NCBI GenBank assembly: GCA_964016885.1
Contig: OZ024751.1
Location: 23,498,001 to 23,562,000, forward strand
Direction of reading: 5' to 3'
DNA from: Eledone cirrhosa
Taxonomy: Eukaryota
Length of the DNA: 64,000 nt
Below, piece after piece: positions 43,637-60,068 of this stretch (position 1 is the stretch's first letter; each line of letters starts with the position of its first letter). Below the pieces are notes generated by a model. The model made no database searches and was not told where the DNA came from. It saw only the letters and a list, made by a program, of their open reading frames with translations. The position numbers and the translations under genes are program-made.

Positions 43637-46050
43637 TTTTCTTTATTAACCACAAGGGTTCACATAAAGTAGACATTAAGGACAGTACAGGACAATACAG
43701 GACGGTACAAATGGGCATTTCTGCGTGTAAAAAAAAACAGAGGATGAAATAAAAATAACAAAGAAAAATTCCCCAATAGGGGGGAGACTTCCGAGGGACA
43801 TTTGTGGAGAAAGCCCATTAAAAGACCACAGTGGCCCTGACCACCAGGGCAAGTGCCCTCTCCCAGTTTTCCACCTTTAATTTACAGACACATACTCAGA
43901 GAAAGCCCATTCATTCGGGCCATACTTGCTTCTCTCACCCATCTTTCAACAAAATGCTGGGAAGAGAGCACTTCCCTCTCTACCCTGATTTTCCTTTTCA
44001 GATGAAATTTGAAAAAGTTAATCAGGGCATCACCGAAGAGGTACGTGCTCGTCTTCAGCCCTTTCAAACGTGTCCACCATACTATCTCTTTCGCCATGGC
44101 CACCAGACAGATAAAAACTGCCTGCCCTTCCCGGCTAAAGGAAGAGGGTGGGGCAATTCTCACGATGGACTCAGCTGATAGCTGGATCCGTCCTACACGT
44201 GACAGCAGGTGTTCGACATAAACCCACAAGTCAACAATGCTCGGACACTGGACGAGTGCGTGCAGGACGGTTTCGTCACCCTGTGCGCATCTCGGACATG
44301 CCCGGCTGACGGCACCTCCATGCCTGCAGTTTATCCCGAACTGGCAAAGCACCCCGGTAGCACTGCCAGGCCAGGGATTTCTGGAAGTTGACCATAGGCC
44401 CCGGCCCGAAAGTCCTTCCGAAGAGATTGGCTAGTTGATTTTCGTCGACGCCTAGAGTTTCTCCAAGTACGTCGTCGCTCTTCCCCTCCACTAATCCCCT
44501 ATAGAACGCCAAGGTGGAGTTTCCACCGATCACATTGCCCGATTGGTCGAAGGCTGTGAGCGCCTGAAGACATTCCAGTCTCCAAGCGCTCCCTCTCGGT
44601 CTTCGCTTGACCCAGGACTGCAGCTCCGTCAAGGAGACGAGCTGTGGGAAAACGTGCCTGGCGAACGGCGACCACACCCGTTCACCATCAAGGAAGCACC
44701 AGAGATGTCGCAGCCTCAGCGCATGTTTGCGCATCATCAGCCATGGCATGCCCAGTCCTCCACGCAACGAGTGTTGACAGCAGATGGATCGTCTGACCAT
44801 GGGAGCGCGTTCCTTCCACAATTACGGTGAGGTGGCTGCCGTCAGTGAGGTCTATTACCTCTGGGATCTCCTCAATGCTTTTTTCGTCCGCTTGGATCAG
44901 GAGCTCCATCCCAGATCCGGACCAGTTCTCCTGCTTTTCTTTCGCTATTTCGATTATCTTGGTGTTGGCTTCGATGCCGGCGAGCACGGTAGCTATTAGC
45001 CAGGGAATTTCGATGGCCTGTGGAACGTGGGTGACCCTGATCTTTACGAGTCTCAGGCGACAATAGCTTGGGACGAGTGTGAAGTCGTCACTTCTTAATG
45101 GGGCCATGGAGTGTTCTCTAGCCTCCTGTGGTGTTTCAAAGAACACGTCCACGGTTCCATACTTCTGCCCACGTCTGATGTGGTTTTTTTTTGCCCACAC
45201 ATATCCCAAAGCTTTTTGGATTTGGGACTCGGATGCCCGTTCCACTCGGCGCGATTTTATATTAATTGTTCGATAAGACACGGTGCATAGGCGCCGATGC
45301 TCCATTTTATTAGGTGGGTTTGAGGCTGACCCTGTACCCATCTTTCTTTACCATTTTTTTGGCTTCTTCTAATTCCTCCTGAGTTACCTGAAATGCTTCG
45401 CACTGTTTTGCTACTCTGGCAAAACTCAGGGTGGTTTTCTTAATGTCAATGTTGTTGTTGTTGTTATTAATTTTTGTTTCAGTTGTGGTGGAAATCTGCA
45501 ATGTTTGGTAGCGTCAGTGGTGTTCGGTGTGGAAGAGTTCATTTTGGTTGAATTCATTTCGATATCACGAGTTAATTTATTTTTTTCTTTTGTTTCCGTT
45601 GTCGCGGTGGTGGTGGAGGTGGTGGTTGTCGCGGTGGTGGTGGTGGTGGCGGCTTTAACACCTGCAGTCATTGGTAATGGCGGGAAATGAATGTCTGCCT
45701 GAGACAAATTTAAAATATTGCTACTGCTTATATTTTTAGTGTTGGCAAACGGAGTCATATTTACAATGGTGGTGTCGGCGTGAGGTGTTAGTTTGTGAGG
45801 AAGGCTGTCAGCTTCCTGTGGCTGTGAGTCATCTATGTTTTTTTCAAAGAAAGTTTTTTTTGATAATTATAAAAGTTTAAATTTTGGGCTCAAGGCCCCA
45901 ATTTTTTTGAGTGTCCTTTTCGGAAAACAATGTATGTGCACTTATATACAGTTAACAATAAAACTTTTTCCATAAATGGCAATTTTAAACAAACGAAAAC
46001 AACAAACCTTTGCGGAGCTCACGATGATACGATTTACTATGTAGGTCGCC
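43636..46050 (-). mobile_element. Internally deleted L1/Tx1-like non-LTR element in (AAT)n
   Basis: ORF1-like 45759-44826 joined to ORF2 C-terminus (RGGLGMP..LRLRHLW; CPRC..ETVLHALVQCP..W); AATAAAGAAAAC 3' end; (AAT)n on both sides. Confidence 0.85.
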
Positions 46051-46129
46051 AATAATAATAATAATAATAATAATAATGATAATAATAATAATAATGATAA
46101 TAATGATGATGATGATGATGATGATTTAT

Positions 46130-46410
46130 TTTACTTTTGTGAGTTTTCTTTAGCAATCGGTTGCTAGGTGAGGCATATTAATTGGTCTCAGATCAGTCCA
46201 TGATCTCAGAGGCTTCATATATCACGTAGGATTCTGGCAATTGTAGTGATAGCACTGCTTATGAAGTCAGGGATCGCAAGGGTTTTGATATAAGACGTAA
46301 GATATTTAGGGACCCGTGTCTAATATGCCCCAATGGCGATTGGCACGATTTCTGTCTCAGTTCTCATAGCGCCTGCAATGTCTGCATAATCATTGATCTT
46401 TTCCAACATC
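46130..46410 (-). mobile_element. Degenerate RLE LINE 3' fragment
   Basis: Minus translation LEKINDYADIA..IVPIAIGA..TIARILRDI*. Confidence 0.5.
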
Positions 46411-46914
46411 AGCAATTTGAAGGGAAGAGGGCAGTCAATTAGATCGACACCAGTGCGTTACTGGTACTAACAAGGAGAATGTTGTTGGATCTCCATCTTT
46501 TCAGACATAGAGGGCCCTAGTTAATTCATTCAACAGAATTCTCCATTGAAACGAAACGAATTTTTTCTCTGTGAAAAAGTGGTATGGTTCATACATATAC
46601 ATATTGAGTGAGTGAGAGGGGGAGAGAGGGAGAGAGAGTGTGTGTATGTGTGTATGTGTGTGTGAGAGGAAGAAAAAGAAAGAGAGTGTGTGTGAGAGGG
46701 AGAAAGAGATAGATAGATAGAGAGTGAGTGTGTGAGAGGGAGAAAGAGATAATGAGAGAGTGAAATTGTGTGTGTGCGCGGGAGAGAGAGAGAGAGAGAG
46801 AGAGTGTGTGTGTGTGTGAGGGGGAGAGAGGGAGAAAGAGAGTGGGAGAGAAAGAGCTACAGTGAGCAAGGGAGAAAAGGAGGGGTATCAATTGAGAGTG
46901 AAACTGAGTGGGAT

Positions 46915-46947
<33 letters not shown>

Positions 46948-47197
46948 GAGATATTGAAGGGGATCGAGAGAAAGAGAGTGGCTGTGAAAGAGAGAGAGAA
47001 AGTTAGGGAGGGGTTGATAGAGAGAGTCTTGCTTTTATAAATATTCAATATTATGTAATAACAGGAAATCTGCAATGTTTGGTAGATGTTTTGTTGCTGT
47101 TTGTATCATCCATAATTACTCATACCACGAATATCATAGATATTGCATATCACATATCTCATTAGTGTATATATATATATATATCCTATTTTAATAA

Positions 47198-47230
<33 letters not shown>

Positions 47231-47668
47231 CATATATACATGTATACATATATATATATATATACATACACACACATATATATATGCACATATCTGTATA
47301 TATATATACGTATATACATGTATACATATATATATATATACATACACGCATATATATATATGCACATATATATATATAAATATATATATATATAAATATA
47401 TATTTATATAAATATATATATATATATATGTATATATACGCACACACACACACACACACATTCAAGAAGGCGAAGCCACAGAGATACTGCATTCTCATGA
47501 CTAAGACCAATAAAATTTCAGAATAGAATAGAAGATTGCTTCTGTGTATATGTACGTGTGTGTATATATGTGCGTGTGTATATATGTGTTCTTGTGTTTA
47601 GTGTAATATTCAACAAGTTGTGAGAGATATCTTTATATACATACGTATACAGCCACACACACACACAT

Positions 47669-47706
<38 letters not shown>

Positions 47707-47994
47707 TGTTATACTTTGGGAGGGTCATGTTGCCAATAATTTTTTCGGTCCTCAATGTTGCCATTGACCGACCAACGGTCAAAAACACAGACACAATATA
47801 TATACAAACACATATATATATAAACACATATACAAACACATATATATAAACTATATATATGTGTTTGTATCCATACTGCATCTGTACTCCCGACCGTTGG
47901 TCAGTCAATGGCAACACTGAGGACCGAATAAATTAGATTACCGATATCAAAAACCTCGCAAAACTAATTCATCGCCGTTATACATATATATATA

Positions 47995-48702
<708 letters not shown>

Positions 48703-49134
48703 ATTTATTATTATTACTATATATATATTATACATTCTCTCACAAACATATACATATTTATGTATTTATGTAATATCGAATATAACGTTACATTATGTCT
48801 GTTCCCAGTATATTTCACACTTAAACACATCTCTGTTGTATTCTTCAGGTCTTTAAGTTGACAGAGTATCAGTGTATAGTGTTTGGATGGGCAAAGATTC
48901 TCCGTAGGCATCGACGGTGAGCAATCATTAGTTTTATTCACTGATTAAGTAAAATTATACATGACTGATTATTTCACTAAACTTTTACATATGACTTATT
49001 ATTGAAGCCAAATTATCGTAGCATAATACGTATCGAAGCTATATACAGTCAGCCTAAAGGGCTTCCATACAGTCTCTGCTCGCTTATTTTAATTCATTGG
49101 CTTTGGATACATTCGAAGCTACCATGCATAAATA

Positions 49135-49745
49135 CATGGTGGCTGCCAACTCGTTTTCGAGTACGGCCACTACTTGATATCCATGTAGGAGAACCCCTAC
49201 CGAAGCGCTGAACGAGTGTGACTTTTTAGTCCAGCCAGCGACTTGAAAACTCTGGTACAAACACTACACTTGTGACAATTATTGACACATAGTGCTGGGC
49301 CCATGGTACCATGTGACGACAAGTGCAGAGAGATCTCCAGATATAAAGCAATGCCTGTACCGCGAAGCTTTTATAGTGAGCAAAGGCACTGCACAAAGCC
49401 AGTCCCACTCTCTCAACCAAGATGATATTTACCAAAAAGAAGAACAAGTTAACATCATTGGATACCATCAGGGTTGCAGGTGTTATATCAGAGTTTTCCT
49501 TCTCCTAGAATTCTGCCTTGACAAAGGCTAAGGGGTCATCTCTCCCGGTGATTTTGGATGGCCATTGGCTCTTAAGAGCTCCTTTGCCCTTTGACAGGTT
49601 TTGTTTTTAGTCCTGCAGGATGTCCAAAGTCACCCTCCTCACCAAGAAACCTTGGTGGGGTTGCCAGTTTAGTCGCCAACGACCCGACCATGAGACAGGT
49701 TGTACTGAGATACATGTTACCAGTAGCACCAACTGGTGACCTGAC
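49135..49745 (-). mobile_element. Apparently complete ~610-bp non-autonomous RTE derivative; further deleted copy at 49965-50242
   Basis: RTE-like 5' region joined to C2H2 finger end and 3' hairpin; CATA-type repeats adjacent. Confidence 0.7.
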
Positions 49746-50296
49746 ATAATACATAAATACATACATTCATACATACACACATACATAAATAAATACATAC
49801 ATAAATACATTCATACATACATGCTAAGTGTATTGCAATTGCTTGTCAGATTATAGAGTTTCATGCACGTGTAGGCTACGGCCAGCCACACAAACTTTCA
49901 ACATATTGCTGAACAAGCAATGCCTGTGCTTTGAAGGTTTTTTAAGTGGGGAAAGGCATACATACATGGTGGCTGCCAACTCGTTTTCAGGTACGGCCAC
50001 TACTTTATATCCATGTAGGAGAACCCCTACCGATGCGTTGAACAAGTGTGACTTTTTAGTCCAGCCAGCGACTTGAAAACCCTGGTACAAACACTACACT
50101 TGTGACAATTATTGACACATAGTGCTGGGCCCATGGTACCCGAAAAGAAAAGATCAACATCATCGGTGACTACTGAGCCGCAGGTTTTATATCGGAGTTA
50201 TCCCAGTTTCCTGAGTTGCCTTCTCCTAGAAGAATTCCCTGACATACATACATACATACATACATACATACATACATACATACATACATACATACA

Positions 50297-50332
<36 letters not shown>

Positions 50333-50832
50333 TACATACATATATGCATACATATATACATACATATATACATACATACATGCGGTGCGTGACTTTTATC
50401 CAGTTCTGAATACAGCCGATTTCTTCCAGAGAAGGGGAGGAAATGGTTGCGTGTATTAGACTGGCACGTTTTTATCGATCTCAAAAGGATGAAAGGTAAA
50501 CTTGATCTCGGTGGGACCTGAACTCAAAGAGCAGACTGCACCCATTCCATCCAGTGACAAGCCAAAGCAAGATACCAGGACTATTACGAGGATCACCTGT
50601 GTTATTGCCATGGAGTTAAACCTTTCCATGGGGTGCAACTATACACCCCATGGTTGGCTAATTGCAGGTTGGTTTGGTGAGGCTATGCAACATACAAACA
50701 TGTATTCATACATAGTAACAAAAATACATAGATACATATAGATACCTATACAAAGTATGACAATACCTGTTTATCACATATTTTCAAATCCCGCAAAACA
50801 AATTGAAAAACGAATTATACATATATATAATA

Positions 50833-50919
<87 letters not shown>

Positions 50920-50989
50920 TTATTAAAATAACAGATTTATCCTTATCGAGCCCTCTTTGGATTTTAGTCTTCAAATTTATTATTATTAC

Positions 50990-51045
<56 letters not shown>

Positions 51046-51054
51046 TATATATAT

Positions 51055-51056
<2 letters not shown>

Positions 51057-51086
<30 letters not shown>

Positions 51087-51230
51087 TTTACGTCCGCTTT
51101 TCCCTGCTTGCAAAGCTTGGACGGGTCCTATTCAGCACAGCATCTCTCCACTTACTTGTCACAGTATTTCGTCATCTCCTCGGTGAGTTTCAGCGATCTG
51201 TGGTCTGCTCTCACCACCTCCACCCATGTT
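51057..51230 (-). mobile_element. RTE LINE 3' fragment with (GAT)n tail
   Basis: [21 protein letters not shown] resembles the RTE C-terminal TWxxxVxxD motif; AAGCGGACGTAAAATGATGATG end. Confidence 0.7.
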
Positions 51231-52006
51231 TGTGTGTGTGGTAAGAAAATATCTGGAGGGCAGGACGGCAGATATAAAGAGAACACATCCCACTTAAGCC
51301 AATTTCTGGCTCTTAAATTTTTACACTCTACGGGAGGCCAGGTCTTGACTCCTAGGTGCACTTCCGCTGACATTTAATCATTTGGTTCTCTTGTTCTGTA
51401 TTTAGTTGGATATATGCAGAATATATAAACACATATATAAACTTGATAGAAACACGTAACATAGAATATATATATATATTTATATCAATTTAATGTATTC
51501 CTCTAAGATAGTGATGCATCCTACGTCAGTTTGGCATATGAACATTTAAGAGGTATCGACTCAATGACCTCATAATTACAATCCAAACATACCAACCACT
51601 AGTCAAAGACCAGTGTATACATAGTATTACATAATACGACGTTGTCAAATGTTTTTTTCCCTTATACATTTTATATATTATTGCTCAATATACCATCAAT
51701 CTGATAACTAACATGTTATTTATTACAGCGGAGAATTCCTACATATCCATGTATAAGAGAGATAGAAAAATAATACAACAAAAACACGTTAACAGAATCT
51801 TTAAAAAATAACATAGTTACTGCAGCATTTGTATTCTCTTTTCTCTTTTTTAATAATGCATGGCTTATGTAATCTCGATTACTGTATTATTAGTAAATGG
51901 CGACTAACATGGTTTCTGTCATGGCGGGTTTCTGTATACTTTATTCTTTTTTCTTTTATTACCTTATCACTGTTTTTTTTATACTAATAATTATAGCTTT
52001 GTATGT

Positions 52007-52037
<31 letters not shown>

Positions 52038-52104
52038 ATGGCAATATGTATTATGGTTAGAAAGATCGATCGATTTATGTAGTATTTATATATATTTATA
52101 TATA

Positions 52105-52156
<52 letters not shown>

Positions 52157-52221
52157 TATATAATGGCAATATGCATTATGGTTAGAAAGATCGATCGATT
52201 TATGTAGTATTTATATATATT

Positions 52222-52309
<88 letters not shown>

Positions 52310-52387
52310 CATATATATGCATATATGCTTATACATATATATATGCATATACATATATATACACACACACACACATATATATATATA

Positions 52388-52595
52388 GTAAGAATAATAA
52401 ATTTGAAGACTAAAATCCAAAGAGGGCTCGATAATGATAAATATATATCAAATATATAAGAACCGTAGAGCAAATATTTATTAAAATAACAGATTAAAGT
52501 TTAAGCAAAGAATTGCTGCTTTCACCCTTAAGATCCCGTTAAGGGCGACAGCAGCGATTCTTTGCTTAAACTTTAATCTGTTATTTTAATAAATA
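52388..52595 (-). mobile_element. Family G palindromic copy centred at the HHR-like stem II
   Basis: GCTGCTTTCACCCTTAAGATCCCGTTAAGGGCGACAGCAGC. Confidence 0.7.
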
Positions 52596-52632
52596 TATAT
52601 ATATATATATATATTTCTCTTTCTCTCTCTCT

Positions 52633-52688
<56 letters not shown>

Positions 52689-52950
52689 TGTACATCCATT
52701 ATATATTATATATACGTGTGAAAATGTTTTATAAATTTAAATATCATGGGGTTAAGGGGGAAACATTCATTCACTGTGTATGGTGAATTATTATTATCCA
52801 CATCTAGAATCCAACAACGCATGATACGCCAACAACAATATATTAGAATTAAAAATGTTCTTACTGAAGGATAGCAACATATATTATTGAAAACCCTCTG
52901 AATATTTATCGTTAAAAAAAATTACGAAGGCCATGTTCCTCAATTTCAAG

Positions 52951-52999
<49 letters not shown>

Positions 53000-53376
53000 A
53001 TACTTGAAATTGAAACATATATATATAATATACTTGAAATTGAGAAATATCTATATCTATATTTGATAGTTATTTGTTTGTATGCCGTTCTTCAATTTTA
53101 CTGATTTCTCTAATGTAATATAAAAATTGAAAATCTGATATATTTGAATAAATCAAAATATATTTCGATATTTTATAATTAAAATTAATGAAAGTACAAG
53201 GCTATCCACATTTACATGCGCACACACACACACGTACACACATAGAAACATACACAAATTGAAATACGTATACACACCTCAAACATACTCGTATGTGCCA
53301 TGTTAACCACACACCTGTGATATACAGTTATATATATATATTTATATAAACATGCAAAGAATCGCTGCTTTCCGCC

Positions 53377-53456
<80 letters not shown>

Positions 53457-53457
53457 G

Positions 53458-54685
53458 TTCTTTGAGTCTCAGTCATTGATGTTATTTAACTGGAAAGTTT
53501 GTTGAAATGAATATCAAGCCTCTACCTGCAGCCTCAGATATTCAGGACGTATCGGAGGGTTCTTGCTGTTCCCAGCAAGCATGCATTTTGAAGTGTTCCA
53601 CAAAGCGGGGCTGGACTAATCTTCTTTAACCATCCTTGGAAACGCTTTGAGATAGTACCTAGTGCTCCTATGACAATCGGGATCACTTTGACTTCATGGC
53701 AGTTCCAAATGCTTTTTACCTCCCACTTTAAGTCCTGGTATCGGTTAATTTTCTCCCTCTCCTTCTCTTGCACTCTCGTGTCGAATGGGCAGGCCACATC
53801 CACAATCAGGCACGATCTTTTTTCTTTGTCCACAACCACCAGGTCAGGTCTATTGTGTTCCAGTTTCTTGTCCGTCTGTATCCTAAAATCCCACAGCACC
53901 TTCACCCGATCGTTTCTATCACCGCCTCTGGCTTATGCTCATACCACTTCTCAGTATGTGGTAAATTGTTTACTTTGCATAGGTGCCAGTGGATCACCCT
54001 GCCTATCACATCATGTCTCCAGCCTTTATAGCGAGTCTGGGCTAGGTGTTTACACGCGGATACAATGTGAGCCAGTCTCCTCTCTCTCTCCACAGATCCT
54101 ACACAGTGGGCTAGCCTCCTACTTGTAAATATGGTGTTTCACCCACTTCGTTCTGAGAGCCTGCTCTTGCGCAGCCATTAGCATTCCTTCTGTAGCCTTT
54201 TTAAGGTCTCCTCTTTTCAACCAGTTCCATGTATGTGGATCTCTAAATTCAGTTTTCTCAAAGAAGGCACTATGAAGGGATTTTTCATGAAGGTTGCTCT
54301 TTCTCCTTGTTGTTATTTCCTCCCTGGACATCCCCTGGTCTATTGTGCTCTCCTTCAGTACAATTCTGAGCATTGGCTCCCTACTATCAGTCACGTATTT
54401 GTGTAGGTTGTTTTTTTCCATCTGAACACAGTCCTCTATGCTGATAAGACCTCTTCCACCTTCAGATCCCTTAAGTAGAGTCTATGGACATCACTACTTA
54501 TTATTATTATTATTGTTGTTATTACTCTTTGAGTCTTAGTCATTGATGTTAGTTAACTGGAAAGTTTGTTGAAGTGAATATCAAGCCACTACCTGCAGCC
54601 TCAGATATTCAGGACGTATCGGAGGGTTCTTGCTGTTCCCAGCAAGCATGCCTTTTGAAGCGTTCTAAAAAGCGTGAAGGGGCCA
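53458..54685 (-). mobile_element. Two tandem Dong/R4-like 3' fragments (53458-54497, 54527-54685) of the 24-26 kb family in (TAA)n
   Basis: ORFs 54119-54421, 53902-54093 and 53534-53905 match the 680-aa protein C-terminus with frameshifts. Confidence 0.9.
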
Positions 54686-55048
54686 ATTATTATTATTATT
54701 ATTATAATTATTATTATTATAATTATTATTATTATTATTACTATATATATATATTTATGTCTACTACCCAATACTCAATCTGTTATATAATGAAAGATAT
54801 AGATGACATTTACACGTATACAGATCGGCAAATAACACAAAGATATCTTCAGCAACACACGTATTTATCTGTATCTATAGCTCTCACTTTACACACACAT
54901 GTATATATATATATATATATATACATAATTCAGTTTAATTTATAGCAAATTCCCCAAAAGGGGTAGATGTCTCGTATATTAATGACATTTTTTTCTTTTT
55001 CCCCTCTTCATTATATATATATACACACTCATACATACATACATCCAA

Positions 55049-55081
<33 letters not shown>

Positions 55082-55580
55082 CAGACCACCAACGGGGGAA
55101 AAGATAAAAATTGTTATTAATATATATATACCGGACATTGCCCGGGTATACTAACTGGAAAATATATGCGGGTGTTTTAATTTCTAAATCTAATTTATTG
55201 ATTATGTAATATTAATAATATACGAGATGATTTAATGAGTTTTGTTTATGGTGGATGTTGATCTTTTACTTTTCTCTTGTTGTGTATTGAATCTCTTGAG
55301 TGATTTGTAAGATATATGACTTCCATAGTAAATTAATTTTTTATTATTTCGGTGTTCATTTAGCGTCACACACACGCCCGCACACACGCATACACATACA
55401 CACACACATACACATAAACACCACACATATATATAGTAATAATTTCAATTTCTAATTTCAAACTGGCTTGCTGATTCAAAACATACTTATATATATATAT
55501 ATATGCATATATATATGCATATATATATATGCATATATATGCATATATATGAATATATACACATATATATATATATGCAT

Positions 55581-55646
<66 letters not shown>

Positions 55647-55705
55647 CTCACACACACACACACACACACACCCACACACCCACACCCACACACACACACA
55701 CACAC

Positions 55706-55741
<36 letters not shown>

Positions 55742-56029
55742 ACACACACATATATATATGTAAAAGGTAAACAGAAATAACAACACAATCACTACAGTAT
55801 ATGGAAGGAATATATTAGGTTAATATATTTATGAATATATATATGTATATATAATAAAATGAAACTTTGCTTGAAGCATTGAATATAATGTATTATATAA
55901 TGTGGAAAGTGACATAAGGCTAAACAATGCAAAATGGATGACAAAATGAAGGAAAAGAAAAAATATAACTATCAGTTAAACTTATATATATATATATATA
56001 TATATAAGTTTAACTGATAGTTATATTTT

Positions 56030-56064
<35 letters not shown>

Positions 56065-56065
56065 G

Positions 56066-56148
<83 letters not shown>

Positions 56149-56164
56149 GTATATGTATGTATAT

Positions 56165-56236
<72 letters not shown>

Positions 56237-56237
<1 letters not shown>

Positions 56238-56298
56238 CTGAAAACATGTGACTGAACATGTGACTGAACATGTGACTGAACATGTGACTGAGCATGTG
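56237..56298. repeat. 12-bp tandem repeat x5
   Basis: ACTGAACATGTG. Confidence 0.85.
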
Positions 56299-56495
56299 CA
56301 TTTTCTCAAAAGGATTTTTCCTTCCTTTTGTCTCTCTATCTTTCCATTTCCTCTTTTTCTTCTCATTCTATTCTATCTTCTGATGAAGCACCAGTGTCGG
56401 ACACATACAGACACCTTTCCTACTATATCAAGCGTTAAACTAATATATTTCTTCATTGTACTGTGCTGACTGTTTTGTTGTTTCCGTTTAATGTT

Positions 56496-56533
<38 letters not shown>

Positions 56534-56686
56534 TAAATACACGAAAAGTAATAACAGTGCCATATCTGATGATTGTATTTGTAAGATATTTGATTATTAA
56601 AGATTAAAAATAACCAGAAAAGTTACTCTTATTTCTCAAATTAATTGTACTTCCACCAAGGAATGTTTCCATTTTCCAATCCACAC

Positions 56687-56902
<216 letters not shown>

Positions 56903-57486
56903 GCAGAAGTTATATTTAATTTTTTGTGATTCAACAAGCTTAAACATTTTTATAACTGATATAAAGCACTCAACAGCTTAGTCGAGTTAATATTCAATAT
57001 ATTAATAAATGGAAACTATATTTATATAACCATAATTATTTTATTATATATAATTCAAGGACAACCAAGGCAAATTTTGGGTGCGCTTTCATCAGATAAA
57101 ATACAATTTTTTTTAATTTATATTGACATACCCGCATAAAAACAACTTTAACGTTGAGGTTCGCTGGATAGTGTATATATATATATATATATATATATGC
57201 ACATATATATATGCATATATGTATGTGTGTGTGTGTGTGTTTGCATGTTAGCATGTGGGTTGCTTGTGCCTTGGTGTGTATATGTGTCACTACAGTCCGA
57301 ATATGTAACATGTGTATACGTATGCACTATCATTTATATGAACTCACACGCCCTGTATAATTAGTCGAAACGAGAGACGGTGATTAGTCTAGACAACTCG
57401 GCTCTCTGTCCATAATTATATTGGCAGTTCTAACTGATTTATCACTGTCTGTTTGTGTCACTGTCTACTATCTGCCTCGTGGTATA

Positions 57487-57669
<183 letters not shown>

Positions 57670-57680
57670 TACATATATAT

Positions 57681-57801
<121 letters not shown>

Positions 57802-57846
57802 TATATATATATATATATATACACACACATATATATATATATATAT

Positions 57847-57962
<116 letters not shown>

Positions 57963-58316
57963 TTATATATATATAGGAACGAGTAGGACCCCGACGGCTG
58001 AGCTCAAGCCGTTTCGACGGCTATAAGAAAAATGGAGTGCTGCGTGGTTGCACATGGGTTACATATGAATAAAATTAGTCCTTCATTAGTGATCTTCCAA
58101 CCTTCATTGGTATTTCATCGCTTTAAAAATCATATACCTCTGGTTGGTGCAAGCAATAACTAGAACAGTTATTGGGACAAGTAAAATAGAGTGAAGCGAG
58201 CGAGACATGTAAACAAACAACGATGGTATTGCAACGGAAAGATAGGAAGAAACAAGTACATGATATCTATAAGCTTAAGTTTGGTGAAATCATGGACGAG
58301 AGATACAGGAGAGAGT

Positions 58317-58391
<75 letters not shown>

Positions 58392-58546
58392 ACAGACATA
58401 CTAATATATATATATATATGCAGTTCTGTTCACATGCCAACACAAGAGCAAGAATGAAGGGTTCATTCTATAAAATTGAGGCTTGTTTGTATAATTGCAA
58501 ACGTATCGAATGTTATTATTAATATTCGAAAAACTCAGATTACATT

Positions 58547-58641
<95 letters not shown>

Positions 58642-58659
58642 TGTGTGATTGTTGGATAA

Positions 58660-58890
58660 AGTGTATTTAGAAATATGAGTAGAGCAGGAACGGGGGATAA
58701 TTTCCCTTCCTCAGTTGTCTGCTGGAGATGTATGTGAAAGGTCAACAGAAATAACAACCACAAAGGGTACAGTATATTGAAGGAATATATTAGTTTAACG
58801 CTTGAAATAGAAGTAAGATGGTCTTAAAGTTTCGGACGCTAGTTCTTCATCAGAAGAAAGAATGAGAAATTAGAAAGATTGAAGGGACGG
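58660..58890 (-). mobile_element. Family K element with degenerate HHR (also 56340-56498 plus, 55762-55825 minus)
   Basis: Minus: CTT-CTGATGA-AGAACTAGCGTCC-GAAA-CTTTAAG; shared CAAGCGTTAAACTAATATATT. Confidence 0.5.
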
Positions 58891-58926
58891 GCAGGCGTGA
58901 CTCGGAAAATACGTTTTTTTATGTAA

Positions 58927-59005
<79 letters not shown>

Positions 59006-59634
59006 TCTCACTTTCTCTCTTTATATATATAGGGAGAGAGAGAGAGAGATTTGGATAGATAGATAGATAGGGGTGGCTTGTTTATGACAACGTCGTTCTA
59101 CGGATTTTAAAAGATTGGCTGATAATTTTAAACGCATGATGCTTGTCAACAACATTAGTGATTTTATTCAATAACTTTTCACCACATAAAAAAAAACAAA
59201 AAAACTTTTCATAGATGATTTAGTTTGTTTTCTTTCTTTCACTTGCTGTCCTTTAGATATTAGCATTTACTTCACGAAACAAATTAATATTTTTACCTGG
59301 ATTGAATTAATAATTCTTACAAGTACCGAGTTAATAATATTAAATGCATTGAATTAATAATCGTTACATAACTGTTTTTTAACTAGAGGAAAGTTTTAAT
59401 TTTGTTCCAGATATTAAATATTATTTTTAACTATATTAAATATTATTTGAACATTTTGTATTTTGGTCGTAATTGGTTCAAAATGTTATCGACTAACGAT
59501 CCCAGGAAAGGAAAAATGAGTAGAAAATTAGGATTCCTACAAAAACAGAGGAAAGAGAAACAATATAATACAAAACAAAAAACTTATTGCGTTCTGTGTA
59601 GGCAACTGTGTAGGCACATATACATATATATATG

Positions 59635-59910
59635 TTAAGTATTTTCGTGGAAAGGTAAAGGAGAGAAGAGTGCTCTATGTCTAGTACAGAGGTATTTAAT
59701 TATGTAATAAACAACGCTATATAATTATTCCATTACCCAAGGTTTCACGGAGTCAGACGATTCTAACAGATGCGTCTGAACTCGTTCATCAGATGGAAAT
59801 CTTTAAAAATTTCTATCTGATGAACGACTTCTGACGCCTCTGTTAGAATTGTCTGACTTCGCGAAAACTTGGGTAATGGAATATAATTATATTGTATTGT
59901 TTATTACATA
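59635..59910 (-). mobile_element. Palindromic element, family J
   Basis: Arms ~59702-59800 / ~59809-59910, left arm extended. Confidence 0.75.
59728..59798 (-). ncRNA. Type I HHR (family J; diverged mirror 59811-59881 on plus)
   Basis: TTCCAT-CTGATGA-ACG..TCAGACG/CGTCTGA..CGT-GAAA-CC(TTG)GG-TA-ATGGAA. Confidence 0.85.
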
Positions 59911-59912
59911 CA

Positions 59913-60054
<142 letters not shown>

Positions 60055-60068
60055 TATATATATATATA

